Part shown: positions 1-14,340 of the stretch, in pieces | How the letters are laid out: each line of letters starts with the position of its first letter | How positions within the stretch are numbered: the stretch's first letter is position 1 | Source of the DNA: Chiloscyllium plagiosum | Lineage: Eukaryota | DNA length: 64,000 nt | NCBI RefSeq assembly: GCF_004010195.1 | Contig: NC_057719.1 | Location: forward strand, 5,589,258-5,653,257 | Reading direction: 5' to 3' | Program-made: the position numbers and the translations under genes | The notes under the pieces: model-generated | What the model saw: the letters and a program-made list of their open reading frames with translations, nothing else | Told to the model about the DNA's origin: nothing | Databases searched by the model: none

Positions 1-210
1 CATTGTGTCTCCTGATTTTATCAACTAGTTTTTTTTGCAGGAGATATCTTATAAACCCAAAGAAGCTATCATTACATTCTCACCCTTAACAATAATAACA
101 AAACTTTATAGAAGGGCATTTAACATAATAAATCATCCCAAAGCAATTCATTTAGTCACTTTGTCAAAAAAAAATGTTACCTTGGTCACAAATGACCTCC
201 TTTTCTACAT

Positions 211-342
211 GATGTGGAGGTGCTGGTGATGGTCTGGGGTGTACAAAGTTAAAAATCACACAACACCAGGTTATAGTCAACAGGTTTATTTGGAAGCACT
301 AGCTTTCTCCAAAACTATAAACTGGTGTTGTGTGATTTTAAC
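211..342. mobile_element. Short Penelope-derived fold-back element (family B)
   Basis: gttaaaaatcacacaacaccaggttatagt is inverted against actataaactggtgttgtgtgattttaac. Same family as the copies at 34990, 36033 and 59855. Confidence 0.7.
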
Positions 343-1454
343 CAACTCATTTTGTGTGTCCGGGCTCAGTCTTACCATGTAGTTTTGATCTTCCTTAATG
401 TTCCATCAATTTGGTCTTGCAATTGTTTTGGCAATTGTTTGTCAACAGTTTCCTGGTGTGAATATAGAGTTATCAGTTTCTCGAGCCCCTTTTTAAGTAA
501 GGGCATTATGTTTTCCATTTTTCTATCTAATGAATCCCTAATTTTTAGCCAATAAGTCTTCCAGCATATTATCTAGGCTTGTTTGGCCTGTTTTTCAAAG
601 CCATGGACTTCACCCTTTTTAACAATTTCCCATTTTATGTTCAAATGTCTTTAAGTACATGCAAGGTACTATATGAATACAGGGTTCTTTGATGAGCTTT
701 CAACACCTATACCTTTATAGGTCTCTTACTGCCTTTGTTTCTGTTGAATCATTGTAGCACTAAAGGAAGCCTCTAGTGCCATTAACTTCTCTTAACAACT
801 CTTTCCATTGTCTGGTGTACAGATTACCTGTCTATTTTCTTTGTCTCTTCAAACTAAACTCCAGATAATTCCACAACTACTTTCTCTCGAGCTTTTTCCC
901 TTCCCATATGCTTTGTCCTGAAGCTCTTAAAATGCTTGCTCCTTTTAAAATTATAATGAGGGTTTACAGTCTGCAATGTTAAGACAGTAGTTCTCTGTGC
1001 AAATTCTGGCTGTGCTATGTGTTTCCAGCATTTTCAGGTTTTTGCATTTGACTTACATTCATGTAAATACTTGGCTGACTCCTGTCTAATCCACCTGATT
1101 TACTTACTCAGATCTTATTCAAATATTCACATCAAACAATTTCACTGTATTACCTGCCCAATTTTGACCGGCAAGGAATACCCTTTTGTTGTACCAGCCT
1201 GCTCATTTGTAACTACACTTGAGGCATTGAATCTTAGATGGAAAGAGAGTCCATGTTTGAACTTGCAACCAGTTAACTATGGAAAGAGTGCGCTTAGTAG
1301 ACTAATTTAACCCTTCTTCATTCCAACCTTTCTTTTTACCTGATCTCAGAAATTAAGCTAATATGAACAACACAGGTTGCTTTTGACTCCATTTTGAATT
1401 TCATTTCAGGAAGGCTGTACTTTGTCCTGACAAATGGTGATTGCCTCTGAAAGA

Positions 1455-2992
1455 GGAAAGGTAGCTACAAGGGCATGAGGGAGGAGCTGGCCAGAGTTGA
1501 TTGGAAGGGGAACCTAGCAGGGAGGAGGGTGAAGCAGCAACATCAGGAGTTTCTGAGGGTAATTTAGGATGCATATCAAAAATACATCCCTACAGTGCTG
1601 AATTAGTCAAAACAATTAATAGGAGTCAACACAGCCATGACTGACAAAGGGAGTAAGGGATAGCGTAAAAGCAAAAGGAAAAGCATACTATGTGGTGAAG
1701 ATGAGTAGAAAACCAGAGGATTGGGAAGTCTTTAAAAACCGGTAGAGCATAACTTTAAAAACCAATTGGGGGTAGAAGATGAAATATGAGGGTAAGCTAG
1801 CTAGTAATATAAAAGATGATTATAAGAGTCTTATATGGGGATAAAAGCGTTGCAAGAGTGAACATTGGATTGCTAGAAAATGATGCTGGCGAATAGTAAT
1901 GGGAAACACAAGAATGCCAGAGGAACTGAATACGTACTTTGCCTCAGTCTTCATTCAAGCAGCATGCAAGAACTTCAGGGGACAGAGGTGATTAGTGTCA
2001 TTACAAAGGAGAAGGTGATGTGGAAACTGAAAGGTCTAAAGATGGGTAAATCACCCAGACCAGTTGGACTACACCCCAGGATTCTGAAAGAGATAGCTGA
2101 GGAGATTGTGGGGCATTGGTGGTGATCTTTCATGAATCACTGGAGTCGGGGAGGGTCCTAGAGGACTGGCAAATGGTTAAAGTAACATCCCTTTTTGCGA
2201 AAGGGGGGAAGCAGAAGGCAGGAAACTCTAGGCTGATTAGCCTGACCTTGGTTGTTGGTAAGACTTTAAAGTCCATTATTAAGGATAAGGTTGCAGATTA
2301 CTTGGAAGTGCATGGCAAATAGGACTGAGTTAGCATGGCTGCATCAAGGGAAAGTCATATCTGACAAATCTGTTAGGATTCTTTGTGGATATAATGAGCA
2401 AGTTAGACAAAGGAGAGCCAGAGTATGTGATCTATTTAGATTTCCGGAAGACTTTTGACAAGATGCCACACAGGAGGCTGCAAAATAAAATAAGAGCACA
2501 TGGTGTTACAGTAACATGCTGGCATGGATAGAGAATTATCTGACTGGCAGAAAACAGAGAATGGTGATAAAGAGGTCTTTTGCAGGATGACAGCTGATGA
2601 CACATGGCGTTTCGCAGAGGTCAATGTTGGGGCCACAATAATTCACGTTATACATTACACTTTGGACAGGGCTTTGTTGTTAACATGATGCAAACATAGA
2701 TTGAGGGACAGGTAGTTTTGAGGAAGCGGGTCAGTTGGAGGATTCGGACAGTTTAGCAGAGTGGGCAAAGAAGGGGTAGATAGAATGCAATGTGGGTAAA
2801 TATGAGGTTAATGTACTTTGGTTGGGAGAATTGAGGCATAAACAGTTCTCTGAAAGGCTTTAGAAATCTAAAGTGCAAAGGTACTTAAGAGTCCTAATTC
2901 AGGATTCTCTTAAGGTTATTTTACAGGTTCATTTGGCAGTTAGGAAGACAAATGAAATGCTGATATTCATTTTGAGAAGTCGAGAATACAAG
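1455..2992 (+). mobile_element. Degraded CR1 LINE ORF2 fragment
   Basis: Broken ORFs with KSPRPVGLHPRILKE and LEDWQMVKVTSLFAKGG motifs typical of CR1 reverse transcriptase (RT). Resumes at ~3976 after a nested insertion. Confidence 0.85.
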
Positions 2993-3975
2993 AGTCGTAG
3001 AGATTTACAGCACAGAAACAGACCCTTTGGTCCAACTCATCCATACTGACCAGATATCCCAACCCAATCTAGTCCCACCTGCCAGCACCAAAACCCTCCA
3101 AACCCTTCCTATTCATATGCCCATCCAGATGCCTTTCACATGTTGCAATTATACTAGCCTCCACCACTTCCTCTGGCAGCTCATTCCATACACGTACCAC
3201 CCTCTGCGTGAAAAAGTTGCCCCTTAGGTCTATTTTATATCTTTCCCCTCTCACCCTAAACCTATACCCTCTAGTTCTGGACTCCCCTACCCCCAGGAAA
3301 AGACTTTTCACAACATCTTTCCGATAGGAAGGCGACCAGAATTGCATGCAATATTCCCACAGTGGCCAAATCAATGTCCTGTACAGTCGCAACATGACCT
3401 CCCAACCCCTGTACTCAATACTCTGACTAATAAAGGAAAGCATAACAAACACCTTCTTCACTATCCTATTTACCTGCGACTCCACTTTCAAGGAGCTATG
3501 AACCTGCACTCCAAAGTCTCCTTGTTCAGCAACACTCCCCAGGACCTTATCATTAAGCATATAAGTCCTGATAAGATTTGTTTTCCCAAAACGCAGCACC
3601 TCACATTTATCTAATTTAAACTCCATCTGCCACTTCTCAGCCCATTGGCCCATCTGATCAAGATCCCGTCGTAATCTGAGATAACCTTCTTCACGGTCCA
3701 CTACCCATCCAATTTTGGTGTCATTAACAAACTTACTAACTATACCTCTTATGCTCACATCCAAATCATTTATATAAATAATGAAAAGTAGTGGACCCAG
3801 CACCGATCCTTGTGGTATTCCACTGGTCACAGGCCTCCAGTCTGAAAAATAATTCTCCACCACCACCCTCTGTCTTCTACCTTTGACCCAGTTCTGTATC
3901 CAAATGACCAAGTTCTCCCTGTATTTCATGAGATCTAACCTTGCTCACCAGTCTCCCATGGGGAACCTTGTTGAA
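2993..3975 (-). mobile_element. 5'-truncated CR1 LINE nested in an older CR1
   Basis: ORF 3069-3929(-) has GIPQGSVLGPLLF, a degenerate KFVNDTK and the CR1 C-terminus FFTQRVVRVWNELP, followed by the CR1 3' UTR. Confidence 0.92.
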
Positions 3976-4345
3976 CAGATACACTGCTGAGGTTGTATAA
4001 AGCTGTGATCAGACTGCATTTAGAATATTGTGAGAGTTTTGGGCCTGTACCTAAGGAAGGGTGTGCTGACTCAGGAGGTTTACAAGAATGATCTCAGGAA
4101 TGAAGGGCTTGTCATTGGAGGAGAGGTTGAGGACTCTGGGTCTGTATTGGATGGAATTTAGAAGGATTGGTGGGGGAATGTGTTTGAAACTTAATACTGA
4201 GAAGTCTGGATAGAGTGAACATGGTAAAGATTTTTCCACTAATAGGAGAGACCAGGACCACAGCACGCAGCCTCCAAGTGAAGAGTTGACCATTTCGTAC
4301 TAAGATGAGGAGGAATAATCTACAATCAGAGGGTGATGAATTTGT
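3976..4345 (+). mobile_element. Continuation of the older CR1
   Basis: ctgaggttgtataaagc...ttagaatattgtg continues the RT sequence interrupted at 2992. Confidence 0.75.
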
Positions 4346-4349
4346 GGTA

Positions 4350-5665
4350 TTAGGGAATGAAACCGGTCCTTTACTGTTGCGGGGAAGGTACAGGGGGTTT
4401 GGGGAGGGGGTTTGGTGGGGAGAGTGGCGCGAACCAAGGATTGGTGAAGGCAGAGAGGGGTGGGGAGGGGAAGGTGTTCTTCGGAGTTGGTGGAAGTGTT
4501 TAAGATGATACATTGGATGCAGAGACTGGTAGGGTGGTAGATGAGGATAAGGCGCACCCTGTCTTCATTGTGTTTGGAGGGGGATAGTTTAGAGCAGTGG
4601 AGCAGGTAATAGAGGAGGTGTGGTGGAGTGCTGTCTGAATGACAGAGGAGAGAAGAGCACGTTGTTCAAAATAGGTGGACATCTGGGATGCTTGGGAGTG
4701 GAATGTCTCCTCATCCAAGCAGATGTGATGGAGGCAGAATAATTGGGAAAACGGGATGGACTTCTTGCAGGATACTAAGTGGGAGGAGGTGTAGTCCAGG
4801 TAGTTATGGGAGTCTGTGGGTTTATAGACAGTCTGTAGACTGTCGTCGGTGATGGAAATGAAGAGGTCAAGAAAGAGGAGGAAGGTATCCGAGGTAGACC
4901 AAGTGAAAAGAGGAGTGGAAGTTGTGGGTGAACTCGATGAACTGCTTCAGTTCAGCGTGGGCACAGGATGTTCACTGATATAGTCAGTGATGTAATTGCA
5001 AAGAGTTGGGGCACAGTGCCTATGTAGGTACTAAGGAGGGACTGTTTGATGTAGCCGACAAAGAGGCAGGCGTAGCTCGGGCCCATCCAGATGGCCAAGG
5101 AAATGTTATTAAGGGTGAGGACTAGTTTGGGAAGGCAAAGGAGGGCATTGGTGGAGGGGGACTGGATGGGTTTTTTGAAGAGAAAGATGTTAAAGGCCTG
5201 GAGGCCATCCTTGTTGGGGTATGGACATGTATAATGACGGCATGTCCATAGTGATGATAAAGCACTGGGTGCCATGGAATTGGAAGTTACTGAAGAAGTG
5301 GAGGGTGTGGTTAGTGTCACAGATGTAGGTGCGAAATGTTTGCATCAAGAGGAAGAGATTGAAGTCAAGGTAGGAGGAAATACATTCAGTGGAGCAGGAG
5401 CATTGGAGACAATGGGTGAGCCGGGGTGTTGGGCTTATGGATCTTGGGGAGCAGATAGAACTGGGCAGTGTGAGGCTGGGGACCATGAGGTTGGAGGCAG
5501 TGCAGGGTCGATGATCAGAGGCAATGAGGGCACAAACAGTGTAAGTGATTTTGGGCTGATGGGCCAGGGTGGGGTTGTGGTCAAGGGAGAGGTCAGACGT
5601 GGTGTCAGAGAGCTGGTGTTCGGCCTCTAGAAGACATAGAGGTCCGTCCTCCCGACAACCATTAC
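4350..5665 (-). mobile_element. Degraded Penelope-like RT fragment
   Basis: Minus-strand fragments LVLTLNN, MGPSYACLFVGY and TMDMPSLY, homologous to the element at 8975-11120. Confidence 0.85.
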
Positions 5666-5699
5666 CTCGTCTTTGTGAAACGGGATTGGTGCAGAGAGA

Positions 5700-6575
5700 G
5701 TAGAGTGCTTTTTGAAATATAGTAACTGCTCTGATATGGAAAGGTCCTAAGCTTGATTGCCAGACTGTGCTGATGTATCTGGTCTTGGCTGAGCAATGGT
5801 GAGGATGCTGCATTGATGTCTGTGTCATGGATAGAGAAACTCAACTGGACTCGCCACATCAACACAGTGCCTACAAGAGCAGGTCAGAGGCTCGGAATAT
5901 TGCGACAAGTACCTAACTTCCTGACCCCCCCCAAAAGCCTGTCCATCATAAACAAGGCGCAAATCAAGAGTGTGATGGAATAGGACAGTACACCACAGTA
6001 CAGGCCCTTTGGCCCTCAATGTTGTGCTGACCTTTTATTCAACTTTAAGATCAGACTAACCTAAATACCCTTCATTTTACTATCATCCAACTTGCTTGGA
6101 TGGGTGCAGCTCCAAAACCAATCAAGAAGCTTGACACCTTCCAGGATAAAGTAGCTCGCTTGATTGGTACCTCATCCACAAACATCCACTCCCTCCACTA
6201 CCAAAAGCAGTAAAAGCACTGTGTACTATCTATAAGATGCACTGCAGAGATTCATCAAAGTCCTCAGACAGCACTTTCCAAACCCATGACCACATTCATC
6301 CCGAGGGATAAAGGCAGAAGATAGATGAGAACATGACAATCTGCAAGTTCCCCTCCAAGCCACTCACCATTCTGACTTGGAAACATATCATCATTCCTTC
6401 ACTGCCACTGCATCAAAATCCTGGAATCCCTCCCTCAGGGCATTATGGGTCAACCCACAGCAGGTGGACTGCAGTGGTTCAAGAAGGCAGCTCATCATTA
6501 CCTTCTCAAGGGCAAATAGGCTTGGGCAATAAATGCTGACCAGCCCACATTCCACAAATGAATAAAAAATGAAAA
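5700..6575 (+). mobile_element. CR1/L2-group LINE 3' fragment with a small internal insertion
   Basis: RT C-terminal-like sequence (aactggactcgccacatcaacacag...gtgatggaata), interrupted at ~5983-6090 and ending in aatgaataaaaaa. Confidence 0.65.
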
Positions 6576-6769
6576 TCTTGGCTTTCTGTTCCTAATCACT
6601 AACCAGTATTCCATGTTGGAAGTCCACAAATATGAACCTTGGCTGAGGGCAATATCAGACTTGACCATGACACCTCTCCTATTGTCTCTGGTTGGTCAAG
6701 TAGCCTCTACATACTATTAAAGATAGTACCAAAGACAATGAGAAGCAGACAGTGGGCCTTTTGAGAGAT

Positions 6770-7125
6770 GGGTAAACTACATGAGGGGCATGGATAGGGT
6801 GAGTAGGCAAGATCTTTTCCCCAAGGTAGGGGAGTCCAAAACTAGAGGGCACAAGTTTAAAGTGAGAAGGGAAAGATTTAAAAGAGACCTAAAGGGCAAT
6901 GTTTTCATGCAGAAGATAGTGCGTGTGTGGAATTAACTGTCAGAGGAAGTGATGGAGGTTGGTACAGTTACAACGTTGAGAAGGATCTAGTTGGGTACAT
7001 GATTCGAGAGGGTTTTGAGGGATATGGGCCAAACACTGGGAAATGGGATTAGATTAATTTAGGATATCTGGTCAGCATGGACTGTTGGACCGGAGGGTCT
7101 GTTTCCATGCTGTGTATCTCTATGA
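6770..7125 (+). mobile_element. CR1 3' end
   Basis: actagagggcacaagtttaaagtgagaaggg...gtctgtttccatgctgt, the same 3' end as the other CR1 copies. Confidence 0.85.
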
Positions 7126-7183
7126 CGCTGGTGCAGGAATATTGTCTGTAGTTTATAGTTATTAACACATTTAAATATTTTAA

Positions 7184-7447
<264 letters not shown>

Positions 7448-8567
7448 TGATTAATGCAATGGTGTGTATTCAAAAATTAATTTCAAATAACAGATTGGGA
7501 ATGCAATCTTTAACATTGACGTGAATCTGATCTATTTTGCCACAGTAATATTTTTCTCAAACCTTGTTCAGATCAGAAACATATTTAATCCAGTGTGGCT
7601 CAATGGGATTGAGATTACCATTGGCCTTGGTTTTATATTGTCTCTCCAACTTGGAGAGACAATGTATATTTCTTTTACAGAACATAAGTATTGCTGAAAA
7701 AAGAGGCAAGCTGATGAAGCTTTTCAATGCACACATCAGAACAGGATCAAGAGTTCCAGATTTCTCAGAGAACAATAATTTCTACTGCATGAGAAAGGCT
7801 GCTGATTGAATAATGCATGGTCTCTAATTGTTCAAGGCATTGCCATGGAACTATTGCCCCTACCCTTTTGTTTAATTCACAAACAACGTGCAGTGCTTAT
7901 TCTGCTTGCAGAGGACAGACCCTGAGTATAAATTAAACAAAAACGTGGGGGTATAATATTTCCCAGGGCTATATTCTCCTTAGTATTACCTCCATGAACC
8001 AGTCAACTTGTCAACTAATCAGCACGATTTTCACATGCAGTGAAGACTGTTGGTTGTTTAGAAATGTGGCATTCTTGTTTGTCCTGAGGAATATGAGGCA
8101 AAAAAACTTTGGCAGCATATCTAACTGTTTTTTTCAGCCACATATGCAATCATGTGTATCTTCTGTGTCTCGCTGACCTCACTGCTTTGCCTCAGATTCC
8201 AGTTCTAATTGGTTTGATGACCTTTTATGCTGTTAGGACAATTCCATTGCTTATGTCTTTGAATAGTGATAGTTTGCATCTGTGAGCTACTGCCTCTGCC
8301 ATTCTATTTTACTATTAAACCCTTATATTATTCTTCATCCTGAGAAAGAATAAAACATTAGTCATGTTTGTAAATCCTGGCAACTGATTGGAAATAAACA
8401 TGCCTGGGGCTTCCTCCTTCCATCTGCCTTAGCTAGGTTTTTTTCGTAAAATAAAATTCACAATAAGTGAAAATCGTTGACAAGACAGAACTGTATTGCC
8501 CATCCCCAATCAGGTCAGTAGAGCTGTGTAGCCCCTACACCACCAACTAGGTCAGTGGAACTGCGTT

Positions 8568-8745
8568 CTTTTTTATTTCAAAAATATACTTTATTCATAA
8601 AATAATCGATATACATATATAACCACGAGAGCAATTCAATACTGTACAGTCTTTACATGTGGGGAAAAAATGGTCCTAAGGCGTTTCTTATTTATACAAG
8701 TCCATATTTATACACATTTGAGGCATCGGGAAGGCCAATAACTGA
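8568..8745 (-). mobile_element. Probable L1/Tx1-type 3' end
   Basis: The + strand T-run followed by ...tactttattcata reads on the minus strand as AATAAA plus an A-rich tail. Confidence 0.45.
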
Positions 8746-8851
8746 GCATGTTGTGTGTGTAATGAGGTCAGCCAGGTGGACTTCATAGAATATGAGTTGT
8801 TAATCTGGTCTAATCAGTTTGAAAGATCAGAACATTAACTTTCATGTATCT

Positions 8852-8975
8852 GAGAGGCAATGGCCCAGTGGTATTATCCCTTGACTTTTAATCCAGGAAC
8901 CTAGAATAATGTTCTGGGGACCAGGATTTGAATCCCTTCAAGCCAGATGGTGAAATTTGAATTCAATTTTAAAAA
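8852..8975 (+). mobile_element. tRNA-derived SINE 5' head (DeuSINE/SacSINE-like)
   Basis: A-box-like tggcccagtgg, B-box-like gatttgaatccc, then gatggtgaaatttgaattcaat. Confidence 0.55.
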
Positions 8976-11122
8976 GCCTCAGCCACTCCAACCTCCTGCC
9001 CTCACAAAGTGCAGCCCTCCATTCCCTCCGCTCCAACCCCCAACCCGCAGACAAGGGGGGGGGCACAGTAGTAGTGTGGCGCCCTGACTCTACACAGCTG
9101 AAGCCAGGCCCCAACTTGAAGATACCTCCTCCTATTGTTCCCTCGATCATGACCTCACCTCCCAACACCAAATCATCATCTGCCAGACCATCCACAACCT
9201 CACCACCTCTGGGAATCTCCCATCCACAGCCTCCAACCTCATTGCCAGTGAACCCCGCATTGGCCAATTCTATCTCCTTCCTAAGATCCACAAACCTGAC
9301 TGCCCCAATCGACCCATTGTCTCAGCCTCCGCCTGTCCCACCGAACTCATCTCTTCCTACCTCGACACCCTTCTGTGCCCCTTAGTCCAGGAACTCCCCA
9401 CTACATTCGGGACACCACCCATGCCCTTCGCCTCCTCCAAGATTTTTGTTTCCCCGGCTCTGTACGCATCGATCCGCCACGACGAAGGTCTCCAAACCCT
9501 CAGTTTCTTTCTCTCACCCTTTCCCAACCAGTACCCTTCCACCGACACCCTCATACGCCTAGCTGAATTGGTCCTCACGCTCAACAACTTCTCCTTCCAA
9601 TCCTCCCACTTCCTCCAAACCAAAGGGGTAGCCATGGGCACCCACTTGGAACCCAGCTATGCCTGCCTGCTTGTTGGATACGTGGAACAGTCCATCTTCT
9701 GCAGTTACACTAGCACCACCCTCTACCTGTTCCTCCGCTACATCGATGACAATATTGGCACCGCCTTGTGCTCCCACGAGGAGGTTGAACAGATCATCAA
9801 CTTTACCAACACCTTCTGCCCGACCTCAAACTCACCTGGACCATCTCGGACACCTCTTCTCCACCCCCACCCCCTCTTCCTGGATGTCTCCATTAATGTC
9901 TCTAGCGACCGACTAACTACAGATATATGCTACAAGCCCACCAACTTCCACAGCTACCTAGACTCCACCTTCTCCCATCCTAACTCTTGTAAAAATGCTT
10001 TCCCTTATTCCCAATTCCTCCACCTCTGCTGCATCTGTTCCCAGATGATCAGTTCCACCTCAGAAAGTCCCAGATGGCCTCCTTCTTCCACGATCGCAAC
10101 TTCCTTTCCCGCGTGATTGACAATGCCCTCCAGCGCATCTCCTCCACTTCACACACCACTGCCCCTGAACTCCACCACTCCCAACGCAACAAGGACCGAA
10201 CCCTCCTGGTCCTCACTTTCCACCCCACCAACCTCCACATATAACACATCATCCTCCGCCACTTCCGCCACCTCCAAACAGACCCCACTGTCAGAGATGT
10301 ATTTCCCTCCCCACCCCTATCAGCATTCCGAAAAGACCATTCCATCTATGACTCCCATGTCAGGTCCATACCCCCCACCAGCCCAGACCCCACTCCTGGC
10401 ACCTTTCCCTGCCACTGCAGGAAGTGCAAAACCTGGGCCTATGCCACACCCCTCACCTCCGTCCAAGGCCCCAAGGGATTCTTCCACATTTGTTAAAAAT
10501 TTACCTGTATCTGTACCAATGTCATCTACTGCATCCATTGCACCCACTGTGATCTCCTCTACATCGGGAAGACAGGACATCTTGCGGATTGTTTCAGAGA
10601 ACATGTCTGGGACACCAGCACCTACCAACCCCACCGCCCCGTGGCTGAACACTTCAACTCCCCCTCCCACTCCGTCAAGACCATGCAAGTCCTGGGCCTC
10701 CTCCACTGCCAAACCGTTACCACCCGACGCCTGGAGGAGGAACGTCTCAAATTCTGCCTAGAGACCCTGCAACCGCACAGGATAAATGTGGATTTCAACA
10801 GCTTCCTTTTTTCCCCTCCCCCACATTATCCCAGTCCCTAGCCTCCAACTTGGCACCGCCCTCCGGACCTGTCCTTCACTCTCCCCTCTGCCCTAACACT
10901 TTTTCCCTCACCTTCATCCACCTATTCCTTTCTCAGCTACCTTCCCCCAAACCCCACCCCCTCCCATGTATCTTTCAGCCGCGACCCACAGCCTCATTCC
11001 TGATGAAGGGCTTATGCCCGAAATGTCGATTCTCCTGCTCCTCAGATCCTGCCTGACATGCTGTGCTTTTCCAGCACCACACTCTCGACTCTGATCTCCA
11101 GCATCTGCAGTCCTCACTTTCT
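8975..11122 (+). mobile_element. Penelope-like element: frameshifted RT, GIY-YIG endonuclease and 3' pLTR
   Basis: ORF 9421-10116 has QTKGVAMGT, YACLLVGY, LRYIDD and YKPTNFHSYL. The C-terminus AEHFNSPSH...RRLEEERLKFCL follows. The pLTR carries a hammerhead core at 11000-11027. Confidence 0.92.
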
Positions 11123-11124
11123 CT

Positions 11125-12040
11125 CAGCCCATTGGCCCATCTCATCAAGATTTTGGTGTGCATCCTGGGGAACAGCCCGTGGAGCACAGAGTCCTGTGTC
11201 ATAGAGCTGCTCAGGACAAGCCTTCACAAAAACCACTGCATCTCTCTGCAGACCTCCTTTGCAAAGCCTCATTCCAGCAGGATATATGTGATAGTCTCTC
11301 CCCACTGCAGCCACTTCGAGGGCAGTGTGCAGTGGCACAGAGTCCAGGCCTACATGAAGGTTCTCACAGGTAGTGCCCTTCTCACCATCAGCCAAGCAAT
11401 GTCTTGGCGTTTGTTGGAAAGCTGTGGTGATGATGCATTCTGCCAAATGACTTTGACAATCTGCTTAGAGAACAATCTTCTTTGGAGACAAAAAAACTGT
11501 AAATCCTGGAATCCAAAGTAGACAGGCAGGAGGCTGGAAGAACACAGCATCAGGAAGTGCAGAAGTTGATATTTTGGGTGTGACCCTTCTTCAGGACAGG
11601 AGGTGGGTGTCAGGGGAGCTGACCTTTCCCTTTTCCCGCAAGGTCTCGAGGACGCTATGCGGTGACCACTTGCGGATTGACATGTGGTCAAAGGTGTTTT
11701 TCTTTGCACATCTCTCCATGAAGGACTGGAGATAAGGAATGGTCCAACTATTTGGAGTGTTCTTTGGCAAGTCCCATCCTTTGCAACACCGGGGACAGGT
11801 CAAAGCTCAATGTGGAGTTTCATTTGGCGTTTGTGTACTAAGGTCTACATACAGCGTGGCTATCAGGATGAGGGTGGCACTGGGTGCATTGTTAAGCACT
11901 TTTCCAGAGTTGTTTACATGGTGTCCCTGCAGACATAGTCCATCTTAGACCTCCAGATGAAGTGGAAGATGGCTCGGGTGACTGCAACGGTGCTGGTTCA
12001 TGGAATGTGCAGTGTTGCAAATTGAGATCCAGCTGCAGAC
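11125..12040 (-). mobile_element. Tx1/L1-clade ORF2 fragment, split by a short PLE-derived insert (~11490-11625)
   Basis: Minus-strand KVIWQNASSPQLSNKRQDIAWLMVRRALPVRTFM resembles the Tx1 zf-RVT region. The insert contains cctgaagaagggtcacaccc on the minus strand. Confidence 0.75.
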
Positions 12041-13299
12041 TTTTTGAAAGATTTCAATTAGCAAATGAAATTAGATTCACATTCTTTAGCACTGTTTGAT
12101 AATTGAAACATATTGTAAAACATATTAAAACATATTGTAAAATGCTGGCAGAAATTAGTACTGTACGATCTTTAGATCTGTGAAGTCAAATCATTAGTTC
12201 CTACATGCAAAGTAATACCCTATACAAGCAAGGTTTTATTTGTCAAGTACAGCAGCAAGTGTTCTTCTGTGACTATCATATGCTTGCACTCCTGAAATTG
12301 TTTTAAAATATCTTTATGGACAGCGCACTTGTAAATATTGTCATACTACTGAATCAGACATCTTTTGTAAGAAAACAAAAAAATTAATTTGTGGAAAATG
12401 TGTTTTTCAATATCTCTAATATATAAGGCTAATTGTTTTGACAAGCCCTCAGTCAGCCTCCAGCCCTGCAGCATCCTTTATGGACAGCCTGGTATGCAGT
12501 AAGACTGTGAGACGGTGTGGTTGGCCGCAGTCTGGAGGATGGGTGCAGGGTGGCCACATCAGGGAAACTGGTGGGCAGGAGACCACAATTGCAGTCAGTA
12601 GATAGGGAGGCCTATGTTTGGAAAAGATGAGTACAGGGAGGCCAAAGATTGTGTCGAGAAGAGTCTGAAAATTTCTTTATTTTGTTATTTTTCTACTTTT
12701 GTGCTCAGAAGACTGTAGTGCAGAATTTTTTAAACTTATTTCTTTATTTCACTGTTTCTGTAACTTAGATTTTGTACCTAGGTACTTTTGCCCTAAGATG
12801 GTGTCATCCATGGCAACATTGTACACTTTTCGCTGGACTCTTGAACGCCATACTTTAGTACACATGACAGTAAAATCTGAATCTATAATATTCTCTTGAG
12901 CATTTTTAGGAAAGCTGCCCTCCTTCCCAATCAAGAAAAGAGTCACTTAGCTTGTTTTGGCTGAGTGCCAAACCTCCATTTCATGCCAATTTTACTGACA
13001 CCAAAAAAAGTCCAAGCATCACCAGTTGATTTCAAATTGGGCTCACAATTTCACAGTCGGAAGTAGATTTAAATATAACGGTAAGCAGCCTGACCGCTAC
13101 CCATATGCTCTGCTACTGCCAGAAAATGTGGCAGGTGTGATGTGGTTGAGTCATGTTAGACTGATTTAAAAATATTATTTATTTTGTTTTATTTGTTCAT
13201 GAGATGAGGATATTGCTGGCTAGGTTAACATATATTGGCTATCCCTCATTGCATTAGAGAAGATGCTGATGCTGCCTTCCAGTTACAAAAAACGTAAAA

Positions 13300-14340
13300 T
13301 AGTACTGCACAGGAACAGGTCCTTCAGTCCACCATTTCTGTACCGATCATGGTACTATTCTAAACTAATCCCATCTGCCTGCACCTGGTCCATACTCCTC
13401 TATTGCCTGCCTGCCCTTTTGTCTGTCTAAATTCCTCCAAATGTTGTTACTGTATCTGCTCTACCACCTCCCCTGGCAGTGTGTTCTAGGCACCTACCAT
13501 GCATTGTATAAAAAAACTTGCACATCTCCTTTAAATCTTTCCCGCCTCAGCTTAAACCTATGACCCCTAGTATTTGTCATTTCCACCTGGGAACAAAACT
13601 CCAACTGTCCACCCTTTCATACCTCTCATAATTTGTATACATGTATCAAATTGGCCCTCAGCCTCCGACACTCTAGTGAAAACAATCCAAGTTTGTCCAA
13701 TCTCTCCTTACAGCTGGTACACTCCAATCCAGGCAACATCCTAGTAAACCTCTTTTGTACCGTCTTCAAAGCCTCCACACCCTTCCTGTAGTTTGGTGAC
13801 CAGAATTACACCCAACGTTACAAATGTGGCTTAACCAAAGCTTAATACAGCTGCAACATGACTTGCCAATGTCTGTACTCATTGCCCCAACTGATGAGGG
13901 CAAGCATGCAGTACCACCTTATCCACTTGTATTGCCACTTTCAGAGAGTTGTGGTCTTGCACCCCAAGTTTTCTCTGTATATGAGTGCTTCTAAGGATCT
14001 TGCCATTTATTGCCTGCTTTTGTCTTGCATTCTACATTCCATAATGCATCATCTCACATTTGCCTGGATTAAACTCCAAATGCCATTTCTCAACCCAATT
14101 TTCCAACTGATCTATATCCTGCTTTGACAACCTTCTTCAATATCCGCAACTCCACCAATTTTCATCTGCAAACTTACGAACCAGATGTGCATTTTCATCC
14201 AAATCCTTTAGAAATTACAAACAACAACAGAACACCAGTGGCTATAGACCTCCTGTCAGAAAAGCACCCTTCCACAACTATCCTCTGTCTTCTATGACCG
14301 AGACAATTATGTATCCAACTTAACAACTAATTGTGGATCC
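13300..14340 (-). mobile_element. Old CR1 LINE
   Basis: CR1 3' end and RT C-terminus in reverse orientation (taatcccatctgcctgc..., ctcagcctccgacactc). Confidence 0.8.

Noticed and set aside
10117..10761. Pro/Ser/Thr-rich 214-aa ORF as a mucin-like gene
   Set aside because: It is an alternative frame of C-rich Penelope sequence.
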